64,000 bases of DNA from Candidatus Saccharimonadota bacterium (GCA_050486305.1 JBJHDA010000001.1:115071-179070); one strand, 5' to 3'; positions 9,504-19,064 are shown, numbered from the stretch's first letter. Numbers and translations: made by a program. The notes: a model not told the origin generated them from the letters alone.

Positions 9504-10736
9504 TTGGAGATGGATATGGGGAATGAATTTCAGTCAGACAGGCAGCCAGGTGCAAAGAAATCCCAAGGGGTTTCGTGGCGTCAGGTCGTCGCTGCAGCAG
9601 CGATATTTTTTATCGGTACTGCGTTCGGACTCGGCTTACAGGACAGTACATATTTTACGTCCACGGATGTAGCGAACGAAGAGCTGCCAGAACGCCTGGA
9701 TTACTCCTCTGTTGATGAAGTATATGAATCGCTTCGTCAGAAGTACGACGGCGAACTCTCTCTAGAAGATCTTATGAACGGCCTGAAGCAGGGCTTGGCG
9801 CAAGCGACCGGTGACCCGTACACGGAGTACTTGAGCGTAGAAGCCTCTCAGGAGTTTGACGATGACTTAAGCGGTACCTTTAGCGGTATCGGCGCGGAGC
9901 TTGGCAGAGAAGACGATGCGATCATCGTTGTTGCGCCGCTTTCTGGTTTTCCGGCAGAAGAGGCCGGGCTTCGTTCGCGCGATGTTATTTTGCAGGTAGA
10001 CGGCGAATCAACGGCAGGCTTATCGATTACAGAGGTTGTCCAGAAGATTCGCGGGCCGGTCGGGACGGATGTTACGTTGACGGTGGCCAGGGATTTTGAG
10101 CGGCTTGAGTTTACGATAACGAGAGAGACGATTACTATCCCAAGTGTCGAGCACGAGATTGTGAATGATACCATCGGCCACATTACGGTAAGTCGGTTTG
10201 GCGAGGATACGGTACCGCTCGTGCGCCAGGCGATCGAAGAGTTCAAGCAGGCAAACGTAAGCGGGATTATTCTAGATATGCGCACCAATCCGGGCGGTTT
10301 ACTTAACGCCTCTGTAGAGCTGGCAGACTTGTGGTTACCGCGCGGTGCAGCAATCGTTGAGGAGCGGAGCGGCGATGAGGTACTCCAGACGTTTGAGGCT
10401 CGGAACAGCTCTATTGTTGATGATATTCCGACAGTCATACTTATTAACGAAGGGAGCGCCAGTGCCAGCGAGATAGTAGCCGGTGCGCTGCGCGACAACG
10501 ACAAAGCAACGATTATCGGCATGACCTCTTTCGGCAAGGGGAGTGTTCAGCAGCTGGATCGATTGCGATCCGGCGGCACGCTGAAGGTTACTATCGCAAG
10601 GTGGTACACGCCGGACGGCCTGAATATTGACCGAGAGGGAATCGAACCTGATATAGAGGTCGAGCGGACCGAAGAAGACTTCCGTGAAGAGCGCGACCCG
10701 CAGCTACAGCGAGCAATTGAGGAATTGACGCAGTAA
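9504..10736 (+). CDS. S41 family C-terminal processing peptidase (Ctp/Prc-like) with PDZ domain
   Basis: N-terminal TM helix, a PDZ-like region (GFPAEEAGLRSRDVILQVDG), the Ser nucleophile context NEGSASASEIVAGAL and the Lys context FGKGSVQ. The start could be ATG 9510 or 9516 instead of TTG 9504. Confidence 0.88.
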   Translation: MEMDMGNEFQSDRQPGAKKSQGVSWRQVVAAAAIFFIGTAFGLGLQDSTYFTSTDVANEELPERLDYSSVDEVYESLRQKYDGELSLEDLMNGLKQGLAQATGDPYTEYLSVEASQEFDDDLSGTFSGIGAELGREDDAIIVVAPLSGFPAEEAGLRSRDVILQVDGESTAGLSITEVVQKIRGPVGTDVTLTVARDFERLEFTITRETITIPSVEHEIVNDTIGHITVSRFGEDTVPLVRQAIEEFKQANVSGIILDMRTNPGGLLNASVELADLWLPRGAAIVEERSGDEVLQTFEARNSSIVDDIPTVILINEGSASASEIVAGALRDNDKATIIGMTSFGKGSVQQLDRLRSGGTLKVTIARWYTPDGLNIDREGIEPDIEVERTEEDFREERDPQLQRAIEELTQ

Positions 10737-10811
10737 AAAGTAATCTTTTTCTTGCACCGATGGGGAATTGTCGGTAGCATACATAGGTAGACAAAAAGAG
10801 GTAAAGAAGCG

Positions 10812-12431
10812 GTGGTTAAACAGCCGACTAAATATGTGTTTGTAACTGGAGGTGTCTTGTCCGGACTCGGCAAGGGTATAACAGCCGCCTCTATTGGAAA
10901 CCTCTTAAAAGCCCGTGGCTTAAACGTAAATATACAAAAATGTGACCCGTATCTAAATGTTGACGCCGGAACACTTAACCCAGCAGAACATGGGGAGTGC
11001 TTTGTCACGGCCGACGGCGCTGAAACAGATCTTGACCTAGGGCACTACGAGCGTTTCTTGGATCAAGAGCTCACACAAGCCAGCAGCCTGATGAGCGGCC
11101 GCGTGTTAAAAAATGTTATCAATGGTGAGCGTGGCGGGAAATACTTGGGTAAGACCGTGCAATTTATCCCGCACGTTACCGATGCAATCCAGAGCGAGAT
11201 ACAAAAAGCAGCCACCGGTTATGATGTGCATATCGTTGAAATCGGCGGTACGGTCGGGGACTACGAGGGCCTCAGCTTCTTAGAGGCAATCCGTGAGCTT
11301 TCGTTCCAGGTCGGGCATGAAAATGTAGTGTTTGTGCACGTGGTGTACGTACCTTATCTGGGAGCTAGCAAAGAGTTCAAGACAAAGCCTGCGCAAAATG
11401 CTGTTCGTGAGCTCAGAGGGCTTGGCATAAGTCCGGATGTGTTGGTGGTACGGAGCGAAGAACCAGCCGGAAAGGAAGTTGTGCGTAAACTCAGCTTGTT
11501 TTCTGGTGTTTATCCTGACTCCATCGCACTTTTACCGAATGCTCAGACGATTTACGAAGTCCCGTTAACACTTGAGGATACGAACATCGGCAAAGTGATT
11601 GTTGATCGTCTTGGCCTGAAGGCGAAACGGCCGTCATTGAAGGCATGGCGCTCTGTCGTAGAAAAAGCAAAAACAGAGTACGACAGAACGGTTACGGTCG
11701 GACTCGTCGCCAAGTATTTGGATAATCAAGATACGTACATGTCAGTCGTTGAGGCACTTGAGGCTGCTGCTCACTGGAGCGGCACAAATATAAAGATAAA
11801 ATGGATCAATGCCGAAGAGATAGACAGCCAGAAGAAGACGGCCTCTAAAGCGATTGCGGGCTGTGATGGTGTCGTGGTACCTGGCGGTTTTGGCACCCGT
11901 GCATTAGAGGGTAAAATACGTGTCGCTCAGTACGCGCTGAAGCGCGATGTGCCGTATCTCGGCCTTTGTCTCGGCTTGCAGATGGCGGTAATCGCTGCTG
12001 CGCGAAACGGCGGGCTAAAAGATGCTACTACCGCTGAAATCGACCCGTTGGCAGCAAATCCGGTTATTCATACGATGAATGACCAAAAAGGCAAAGAAAA
12101 CACAGGCGGCACGATGCGGCTTGGAAACTATGCATGTGAGCTCGAAAAAGGGTCTCGGGTTGCTAAGCTATACGGGGCAAAGACTATATATGAACGCCAC
12201 CGCCACCGATATGAGTGTAATAATGCCTACCGTTCGCGCTATGAAAAGTGGGGCATTCGACCAGTTGGCATAAACCCTGACAAAAACCTGGTTGAAATTA
12301 TTGAGGGCATAAATCATCCGTTTTTCATTGCCAGCCAATTCCATCCCGAGTTTACGTCGCGCCCAAATCGCCCGAACCCACTCTTTCTTGGTTTTATCGA
12401 GGCATTAGCACCCCAAGCACAAACGAAGTGA
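10812..12431 (+). CDS. pyrG: CTP synthase
   Basis: N-terminal VTGGVLSGLGKGI motif and a C-terminal glutamine amidotransferase domain with GLCLGLQ and HRHRYE; 539 aa. Confidence 0.95.
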   Translation: MVKQPTKYVFVTGGVLSGLGKGITAASIGNLLKARGLNVNIQKCDPYLNVDAGTLNPAEHGECFVTADGAETDLDLGHYERFLDQELTQASSLMSGRVLKNVINGERGGKYLGKTVQFIPHVTDAIQSEIQKAATGYDVHIVEIGGTVGDYEGLSFLEAIRELSFQVGHENVVFVHVVYVPYLGASKEFKTKPAQNAVRELRGLGISPDVLVVRSEEPAGKEVVRKLSLFSGVYPDSIALLPNAQTIYEVPLTLEDTNIGKVIVDRLGLKAKRPSLKAWRSVVEKAKTEYDRTVTVGLVAKYLDNQDTYMSVVEALEAAAHWSGTNIKIKWINAEEIDSQKKTASKAIAGCDGVVVPGGFGTRALEGKIRVAQYALKRDVPYLGLCLGLQMAVIAAARNGGLKDATTAEIDPLAANPVIHTMNDQKGKENTGGTMRLGNYACELEKGSRVAKLYGAKTIYERHRHRYECNNAYRSRYEKWGIRPVGINPDKNLVEIIEGINHPFFIASQFHPEFTSRPNRPNPLFLGFIEALAPQAQTK

Positions 12432-12610
12432 ATCCAGGGCGATTATCTAAGTGAGACAAAAGCATTCAGGCCGAGCAAGACATCCATCTTGTTGGTTGCC
12501 AGGTAAGTCGTGCAGGTTTTTTACCGCTCGGGCGCGGCCTGAAGCACTAACTTTTGTATTAGGGGTGCTATATATTGCGCAAGTAGAGAAAACGTACTAT
12601 CATTAGCGTT

Positions 12611-12997
12611 ATGGACGAACAAAAGAAAGCAAAAAAAATACTACTTGTCGAAGATGACGATGCACTTGCAAGCGTTTACGAAACCAGGCTGCAAGCCGAA
12701 GGGTTCGACTTAAAGCGGGTACCGAATGGTGAAGATGCGTTGGCAGCGGCTACAGAGTATAAGCCGGATCTCGTATTATTGGATGTCATGATGCCGAAGG
12801 TAAGCGGTTTTGACGTGCTTGATATTTTGCGCAACACACCTGAAACCGCGAACGTAAAAGTTATTATGTTGACGGCACTCAGCCAAGATAGTGACCGTGA
12901 GCGGGCAGAGAGCCTTGGTGTTGATGACTACCTCGTTAAGTCGCAAGTCGTAATCTCTGACGTCGTCGACAAAATTCGCGAACACTTAAATATATAA
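12611..12997 (+). CDS. Single-domain response regulator (receiver only)
   Basis: All receiver hallmarks are present: VEDDD, the phospho-acceptor context DLVLLDVMMP, MLTAL and YLVKS. At 128 aa it has no output domain. It is a close paralog of the receiver domain at 58446-60281. Confidence 0.9.
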   Translation: MDEQKKAKKILLVEDDDALASVYETRLQAEGFDLKRVPNGEDALAAATEYKPDLVLLDVMMPKVSGFDVLDILRNTPETANVKVIMLTALSQDSDRERAESLGVDDYLVKSQVVISDVVDKIREHLNI

Positions 12998-13056
12998 GCC
13001 TACAAGTTAATCATCGATAACCCCTGGTAGGCTCCTGGGCAATTAATGTATGTGTA

Positions 13057-13085
13057 TTGACAAAAAACGCAAAAAATGCTAATAT
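13057..13085 (+). promoter_or_regulatory. Sigma70-type promoter candidate
   Basis: TTGACA (13057-13062), a 17-nt spacer, then TAATAT (13080-13085), about 30 nt upstream of the ATG at 13115. Confidence 0.6.
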
Positions 13086-13114
13086 GTAAGTCGTAATACA
13101 CTAAAATAAAAATT

Positions 13115-13912
13115 ATGAACAGAAGCCCCGAACACGGACCACGACCACAATACGAAGCCGCACAAGAGCACGAGTTACCGCCGGAGTTGCCAGGTGCTGA
13201 GCTATTGCCCGAGCATTTGATTAGTGGGGAAGTGAGCGTCGTCCGGACCTCAGGACATAAAGAAGCTGGCTGGATGGTAGAAGGCGCTCACGAGCTTATA
13301 GACGAGAAGACGGGCGAAAGTATCGTTGTAGTCGGTGTATCAGCTGAAGCGCCGGAAGACAGCGGGCACGAGGTGCTGTATAAGCAGGTGAGACTCAGCG
13401 ACCTAGAGGAGTGGAATAAGCCAACCGAGCAGCAGGCAGACAACCTCAACGAAGAACCAGTGGCCTCACCTGAGGAGCTGCGCGCAATCGCTAAAGAAGC
13501 AAACCGGCAGCGTGAAGTAGGATCAGCGGCCCTTGCTGGCAGTGGTGCAGAAGGTTCACGACACCTGCCAGAATTAATTAAAGGGGTGCCAACCGCCGCA
13601 GAATTACAGGCAAGGCAAGAAGCTGAATCGATTGAGGCAGAAGATAAACTGCGCGAACAGCTCGACAGCATGGTAGAAGGGTTGAATGAGTCAGACAGGC
13701 TAAATGTTTGGCGATATTCCGCTGGCCTGGTAAACAAACGAGAAGCACAATTCAGAGATGATGGCGAAGGGTCGATAATGCATGAACAGAATGCTGGCCA
13801 GGCACGTAGAGCTTTGTCGCCTGACGGACTGGAAGTCGTCGATAAATATTATAGTACGTATGTCCGATTGCAGAATTTGCGTGCAGCACGGAATAGGAAT
13901 AAAGGCAGGTAA
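13115..13912 (+). CDS. Hypothetical acidic protein
   Basis: 265 aa ORF downstream of a consensus promoter. The sequence is E/A-rich and no family was recognised. Confidence 0.55.
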   Translation: MNRSPEHGPRPQYEAAQEHELPPELPGAELLPEHLISGEVSVVRTSGHKEAGWMVEGAHELIDEKTGESIVVVGVSAEAPEDSGHEVLYKQVRLSDLEEWNKPTEQQADNLNEEPVASPEELRAIAKEANRQREVGSAALAGSGAEGSRHLPELIKGVPTAAELQARQEAESIEAEDKLREQLDSMVEGLNESDRLNVWRYSAGLVNKREAQFRDDGEGSIMHEQNAGQARRALSPDGLEVVDKYYSTYVRLQNLRAARNRNKGR

Positions 13913-13915
13913 AAA

Positions 13916-14206
13916 ATGCGCGAACAGCAACATGAAAACCATCCCCATGTACTACCAAAGGGGGTTCAAGAAGCAGAAAGGGCAGCTTTTTCCGATATTG
14001 TGGACGAGGCGCCAGCTCCGGAAAACGGAATAAATTATGGCTACTACGATATTGCCGATCACCCGATCGTTACCGGAGAGAAGCCGCTGCATCAGAAGGC
14101 GCTGACACGTGTTAGCCAAGTAGGCCGAGCTATCATCAGGCAAGTCAGCGAAGCTAATAGGTCCGTAGGTACGCAGACCTGGCAGTCAAAGCAAAAGGAT
14201 AAATAA
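13916..14206 (+). CDS. Hypothetical protein
   Basis: 96 aa ORF starting 4 nt after the previous stop, so likely co-transcribed. No motif recognised. Confidence 0.45.
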   Translation: MREQQHENHPHVLPKGVQEAERAAFSDIVDEAPAPENGINYGYYDIADHPIVTGEKPLHQKALTRVSQVGRAIIRQVSEANRSVGTQTWQSKQKDK

Positions 14207-14360
14207 TCTAGCTTGCAGACGGTAAGCGCTACCTGTAAAGCATGACGTTTTTCGGGCGCGACTCAGCGTGAATTGATGCAAAAACTGATATAGCAGCCGT
14301 CAGTTATTACTCAACGACGGCTATCATACACTAAATAAAAGAGCAGCAGCTTGCCGCTTC

Positions 14361-14633
14361 TTATTCAACGACGACTTCGGTGCGGGGAACCGTCTTACCG
14401 GTAAACCGCTTAACGCGACGTTCGTTATAGCGGACGATGCCGTCTTTTTGAGCGTGAATCGTGTAATCACGGCTCATGAACGTGCCTTTGCCGGATCGTT
14501 TTGTGGCGCCAGCTTGGCGGACGATAACTTGTCCGGTTTTTACGGCTTGACCACCGTAAAGCTTGATGCCGAGGCGTTTTCCGGCACTGTCGCGATTATT
14601 CTTGCTTGATCCACCTGCTTTTACTTTACTCAT
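14361..14633 (-). CDS. rpmA: 50S ribosomal protein L27
   Basis: MSKVKAGGSSKNNRDSAGKRLGIKLYGGQ... is the conserved L27 N-terminus. ATG at 14633 was chosen; the track ORF extends 15 codons further upstream. Confidence 0.93.
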   Translation of the reverse strand: MSKVKAGGSSKNNRDSAGKRLGIKLYGGQAVKTGQVIVRQAGATKRSGKGTFMSRDYTIHAQKDGIVRYNERRVKRFTGKTVPRTEVVVE

Positions 14634-14823
14634 TTTGTTCCTCTTGCCAGTCGGCCTGCTTGATAGCGGAGCTATCAACTCCGCCGACTTCTTGGCGCAC
14701 CACTGTGTCAGAAGTTCCGTGTCTCACTCACCGTACCACTAGTACGGCTCGTTAGAGCTACTCACTTCTTCCTTGTGTTGCATCCAAGCAAGAGGCCAAA
14801 AACTGCGCTATTAAATTACGTAT
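14634..14823 (-). promoter_or_regulatory. Structured 5' leader of rpmA (candidate ribosomal-protein leader)
   Basis: The 190-nt untranslated spacer, read on the minus strand, contains four structural elements. These are CCGUAC-UAGUG-GUACGG, mutually exclusive hairpins CGGAG/CUCCG and UUGAUAG/CUAUCAA, an outer stem AGUCGGC/GCCGACU, and a 5' CCUCUUGC segment complementary to GCAAGAGG, which overlaps the Shine-Dalgarno. Confidence 0.4.
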
Positions 14824-16011
14824 TTACTTCCTTGTTAGGACGATGAGCTCACGGCCAACGATTTGATCTGGTCTGTGGTAGATGAGATCGTTATCAGCTG
14901 CGTGAGCAAAACTCGTCCGAGTATAGCCTAATTTCTCGAGAGAATCAAGTGTTGGCAAGCGTAAAAACTTATTATTATCGCGCCAGGCAGGCACGGCTAA
15001 ACAGATCTTAAATCCTGGCTCGGTTTGCGCAGCGAGGTTTTGCAGGAATTTTTTATGAATCGTGTCGACATCGCGCATGACTTTTTTTAGCTCTGCTTGC
15101 TTTGGCCGGGAAGAGAAAGGGCGCCCCAAGTACGTTTCACAAGCGACATAGTCTGGCTTCGGCTCCCACGTATGTTCGGTCGCATCGCCTAGCTCTAGCT
15201 GTGCCGTATCAGAGGTGGTTGAGTCAAGCCACATGAGGTTTTGTCGTGAATACTCTATCATTCGCTGGTCGATATCCGTGCCATATGGCTTGTACCCCAT
15301 GAGGAGTGCCTCCTGAAGCACGACTCCCGTTCCGCAGAAAGGGTCTAGCACGGTCAAAGGGGTTGCGCTCATGTCTTCGCTACTTCGCTTTGGCAGTGGT
15401 CCGGTTGCCAGGTTGATGATAATTTGCGCCAGTTTGGGCGGGAGCATACCGACCTTGGCATCCCGCTTTGGCCGCTCTTGGTCACGGGCGGTATAGGAGT
15501 CAATATTTTGTACCGCTATGGTTTTGCCGATATAAAGCTGGTTATCGTTGCCCTTGCAAATTACGATTTCGGCACCGTTTTCATCGGTAATATTATTATG
15601 GAACACTTGTGCGCTGGAGAGTGCCAGGTGTTTGTTCGGTATAATGCGCACCGATTTTCCGCTGGCTTTCAGTGCTCGTTTGATAGCAAATGTTGTTTTC
15701 TGCAGGCTTTTTAGCGGTACATGCATGCCATAAACACTGAGCCCAAAGTGAATCTTCCTATCAGGCATATCCGCCAATTGGACGGGAAGTGTTTTGGTTA
15801 AGTACGTTTCGGTGTCTTGCCAGTTCTTTGCAGGAATGACCGTATAGAGCCGCGCAAGTTTTTGTGAGCCGCCCAGACGGTCTTGGTCGGGTTGCGCGTC
15901 AACAAGAGCTGCCTCGTTATTCAGCGGCATAACTGCCTCGCCGCCGTACAGGCTTTCCAGTTCAGCTATACCAATGGCGGGTTGCCGCCCTAACAAACAG
16001 ATAGTTTTCAT
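14824..16011 (-). CDS. SAM-dependent methyltransferase (UPF0020/Trm11-like RNA or DNA methylase)
   Basis: SAM-binding motif LDPFCGTGVVLQEALLMGYKPYGTDID. ATG at 16011 (MKTICLLGRQPAIGIAELESLYGG) was preferred over the longer track ORF. Confidence 0.6.
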   Translation of the reverse strand: MKTICLLGRQPAIGIAELESLYGGEAVMPLNNEAALVDAQPDQDRLGGSQKLARLYTVIPAKNWQDTETYLTKTLPVQLADMPDRKIHFGLSVYGMHVPLKSLQKTTFAIKRALKASGKSVRIIPNKHLALSSAQVFHNNITDENGAEIVICKGNDNQLYIGKTIAVQNIDSYTARDQERPKRDAKVGMLPPKLAQIIINLATGPLPKRSSEDMSATPLTVLDPFCGTGVVLQEALLMGYKPYGTDIDQRMIEYSRQNLMWLDSTTSDTAQLELGDATEHTWEPKPDYVACETYLGRPFSSRPKQAELKKVMRDVDTIHKKFLQNLAAQTEPGFKICLAVPAWRDNNKFLRLPTLDSLEKLGYTRTSFAHAADNDLIYHRPDQIVGRELIVLTRK

Positions 16012-16116
16012 TCTGTTAGGTATTGTACCGCGAAAAAGTACTTGTGCCGTCTTCGGTGTTTGCTCAACAGTGGTATATACTACTTTGAGGGAAAGCTTAC
16101 GAGAGGCATAATCTGT

Positions 16117-17154
16117 ATGACAAAACGACAGCGCCAACAGCGGATCAAGATTTTTATTACGGTTTTTACCTTTCTTGTGCTGGCGCTAATTACCTACGGG
16201 ATTCGTGATCAGATAGCAGAGACGATACTGAATCTTCGTGCGGCAAATCCATGGCCGATACTCCTGATAATACCGCTCGCATTCCTAAACCACCTCTCTC
16301 TTGGAAAACTGTATCAAGGGGTGTTTCGTATTCTTGGCGATCGGTTCCGAACAAAATCCATGATCCGTTTGAGCCTAGAGTTAAACTTCGTAAATAACGT
16401 GTTTCCGTCGGCTGGCGTTAGCGGCTTTTCGTACATCGGGTTGCGAATGAAGGGTGAGCATGTTCCGGCTGGTAAGTCTGCACTGGTGCAGGTAATGCGT
16501 TTTACACTTTTGTTTGTATCATTTCAGATTTTGCTCGGGCTTGGGTTGGTGTTTTTGGCAATTGCCGGCAACGCTAATAATTTTGTAATAATGGTTACCG
16601 CTTCGCTCGTAACGCTTCTGTTTGTTGGCACTGGCATCGGTATGTTTGTCGTTAGCAGTAAGCGTCGTATTAACGGCTTTTTTACTGGGTTAACCAGAGT
16701 AATTAATCGCGTAATACAGCTGTTGAGGCCAAAGCACCCGGAGACGATTAATATCGGCAGAGTAGAGCGTATTTTTACCGAGCTGCATGATAACTACCGT
16801 CGTATTCGGAAGAATATTACGGACCTAAGGAATCCGCTGATTTATGCATTACTATCAAACATTACAGAGGTTGCCTCGATCTATGTGGTGTTTTTGGCGT
16901 TCGGCTCTGCGGTTAACATCGGAGCGGTTATCATTGCCTATGCCGTAGCAAATTTTGCAGGCATACTATCGATTCTGCCTGGCGGCGTCGGTGTGTACGA
17001 AGGGTTAATGGCAGGTGTACTCGTGGCAACTGGCGTGCCAATCGCTATCAGTTTGCCGGTTATCGTCACGTTTCGTATTGTCAGTATGGCAGCGCAGATT
17101 CCTGTCGGGTACTTTTTTTATCAAAAGAACTTGCGTGAACAGCAGATTTTATGA
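16117..17154 (+). CDS. Integral membrane protein, UPF0104 / lysylphosphatidylglycerol-synthase-TM-region-like family
   Basis: About 8 TM helices and a C-terminal LPGGVGVYEGLMAGVL motif characteristic of the family. ATG 16117 chosen. Confidence 0.65.
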   Translation: MTKRQRQQRIKIFITVFTFLVLALITYGIRDQIAETILNLRAANPWPILLIIPLAFLNHLSLGKLYQGVFRILGDRFRTKSMIRLSLELNFVNNVFPSAGVSGFSYIGLRMKGEHVPAGKSALVQVMRFTLLFVSFQILLGLGLVFLAIAGNANNFVIMVTASLVTLLFVGTGIGMFVVSSKRRINGFFTGLTRVINRVIQLLRPKHPETINIGRVERIFTELHDNYRRIRKNITDLRNPLIYALLSNITEVASIYVVFLAFGSAVNIGAVIIAYAVANFAGILSILPGGVGVYEGLMAGVLVATGVPIAISLPVIVTFRIVSMAAQIPVGYFFYQKNLREQQIL

Positions 17155-18290
17155 GGCAGGAGCAAGTTTACACCCCAACGGACTTTGTAACGGTGCTCAA
17201 CCAAACGCTGGAGTACGCGTATCCATCTGTGCTGGTACAAGGGGAGTTGGCTGATTTTCGGGTAAGTAAGGGCCGCTGGCTGTACTTTAAGCTTCGGGAT
17301 GAGCACGCGTCTGTACATTTTTTTGGTACCGTCAGCCAGGTCCAGCATGAATTGCGTGAAGGGATGATGATACAGGTCCGCGGGTTTCCGCGGCTGCATC
17401 CGCTATACAACTTCAGTATCCAGGTGCAGTTCATGCAGCCGGTTGGCGAAGGCTCAATTAAAAAGGCAGCCGACTTGCTGATGGAGAAACTGAAAAAAGA
17501 AGGGCTTTTCGATCCGGCGCGGAAGCGCCCGATCAAACTGCCGCCCAGACGGCTTGGTCTTATAACATCAGGCGAGTCCGCCGCTTATCATGACTTCGTA
17601 AAGGTGCTCGGGCAGCGTTGGGGTGGACTATCGATTGACCTGTATGATGTACAGGTTCAGGGTGAGCCAGCGGCGGAGCAAATCGTTCGAGCGATGAAGT
17701 ATTTTAACGCCCAGAAAGAGGTGCCGGATGTGCTCGTTTTGACTCGAGGCGGCGGCAGCCCGGAGGATTTAGCAGCGTTTAGCACAGAGTCAGTTACCCG
17801 GGCAGTAGCGGGGAGCACTATTCCTACTGTCGTTGCGGTGGGCCATGAAACAGACGTTAGCTTGGCAGAGTTAGCCGCCGACCTTCGGGCCAGTACGCCC
17901 AGCAACGCCGCCGAATTATTGGTGCCGGATAGACGCGATGCAAAGCAGCAGCTTGCGGTTGATGCCGAGCGCGCGGGCAAATATCTTCATTCAGCACTGG
18001 TGGCGCAGCAGAATTACGTACAGGATGCCAAGCGGCAAATCTCTGATGCAGTAAGCAGGTTTATTACAGATCAACGCAGCAGGCTAGAATACGCTCGGCA
18101 GCTGCTTGGGGTACTGCATCCACACAATGCGCTGGATAGGGGCTATGCGATCGTTCAGACACGAGATGGGCAGGTAGTACGGTCTGGTCAGCAGCTCAAA
18201 AGCGGCCAGCACGTTTCCTTGCAGCTGCGTGACGCAACTGCAGAAAGCCTGATACAATCGGTGAAAGTGAGGAAACGCAATGAGCAGTAA
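17151..18290 (+). CDS. xseA: Exodeoxyribonuclease VII large subunit
   Basis: N-terminal OB-fold region (YPSVLVQGELADFRVSKGRWLYFKLRD) and the LTRGGGSPEDL motif. It is followed by xseB with an 11-nt overlap and has an ATGA overlap with the upstream gene. Confidence 0.9.
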   Translation: MRQEQVYTPTDFVTVLNQTLEYAYPSVLVQGELADFRVSKGRWLYFKLRDEHASVHFFGTVSQVQHELREGMMIQVRGFPRLHPLYNFSIQVQFMQPVGEGSIKKAADLLMEKLKKEGLFDPARKRPIKLPPRRLGLITSGESAAYHDFVKVLGQRWGGLSIDLYDVQVQGEPAAEQIVRAMKYFNAQKEVPDVLVLTRGGGSPEDLAAFSTESVTRAVAGSTIPTVVAVGHETDVSLAELAADLRASTPSNAAELLVPDRRDAKQQLAVDAERAGKYLHSALVAQQNYVQDAKRQISDAVSRFITDQRSRLEYARQLLGVLHPHNALDRGYAIVQTRDGQVVRSGQQLKSGQHVSLQLRDATAESLIQSVKVRKRNEQ

Positions 18291-18489
18291 AAAACAGGTC
18301 GATTACGCAAAGCTTCGCGCTGAACTAGAGATTTTACTCAGTGAGCTGCAGGCGGGTGATCTCGATATAGACAAGGCCATGAAGAAGCACGACAGGGCGC
18401 TCGAGATTGTCAGCCAGCTAGAGACGTATCTGGAGTCGGCAGAAAATAAGATAAACGCAGTTAAAAAAGACTCTGGCACAGGTAAATAG
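18280..18489 (+). CDS. xseB: Exodeoxyribonuclease VII small subunit
   Basis: 69 aa helical protein (LEILLSELQAGDLDIDKAMKKHDRALEIVSQLETYL) directly after xseA. Confidence 0.85.
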   Translation: MSSKKQVDYAKLRAELEILLSELQAGDLDIDKAMKKHDRALEIVSQLETYLESAENKINAVKKDSGTGK

Positions 18490-18495
18490 GCGCTT

Positions 18496-19005
18496 ATGGC
18501 AATGGCTATCGTGCTGGTTGCAGCGCTGATTATACTGTTTGGGTTCGTGGCATGGGTAGGCCCGCCGTACGTACCGACACTGAAACAGCAAATTAAATCT
18601 GCATTGGATTTGCTAAATCTTCAGCCGGGCCAAACGATATTTGAGCTTGGGAGCGGTGACGGGCGATTCGCCCGGGCAGCTGCAAAGCAGGGCATACGGG
18701 TGGTCGGTTATGAACTGAATCCGATGCTGGTCATCTATAGCAAAATCGTTACTTGGCGATACCGTGACCTCGTAAAGATACGCTGGGGAAACATATGGAG
18801 CAAGCGGTGGCCAGAGGATGCAGATGCCATTTACGCGTTTTTACTTGATAAATTTATGCCAAAATTGGATAAAAAAATTACCCAGACATATCCTAGAAAA
18901 AACATCAAACTTGTGAGCTTTGCGTTCGAAATACCTGGTAAAAAGCCAAAAAAGACGAAAGACGGGCTGTTTTTGTACGAGTACAGGCAAACAACCCGCA
19001 GCTAA
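18496..19005 (+). CDS. Small class I SAM-dependent methyltransferase with N-terminal TM helix
   Basis: Glycine-rich SAM motif IFELGSGDGRFARAAAKQGIRVVGYELNP; 169 aa. Confidence 0.65.
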   Translation: MAMAIVLVAALIILFGFVAWVGPPYVPTLKQQIKSALDLLNLQPGQTIFELGSGDGRFARAAAKQGIRVVGYELNPMLVIYSKIVTWRYRDLVKIRWGNIWSKRWPEDADAIYAFLLDKFMPKLDKKITQTYPRKNIKLVSFAFEIPGKKPKKTKDGLFLYEYRQTTRS

Positions 19006-19064
19006 CAAGAGTAATATAGGCTAGCCCGGCAGAATCTGCCTATGCTATTATAAGCGCAAGTATT

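Noticed and set aside
11346-11357. A 12-nt identity (TACGTACCTTAT) links pyrG coding sequence and the TTACGT motif region at 55323-55334.
   Set aside because: By my rough estimate, hundreds of chance 12-mer matches are expected in an all-against-all comparison of 64 kb, and there is no extended similarity around it.
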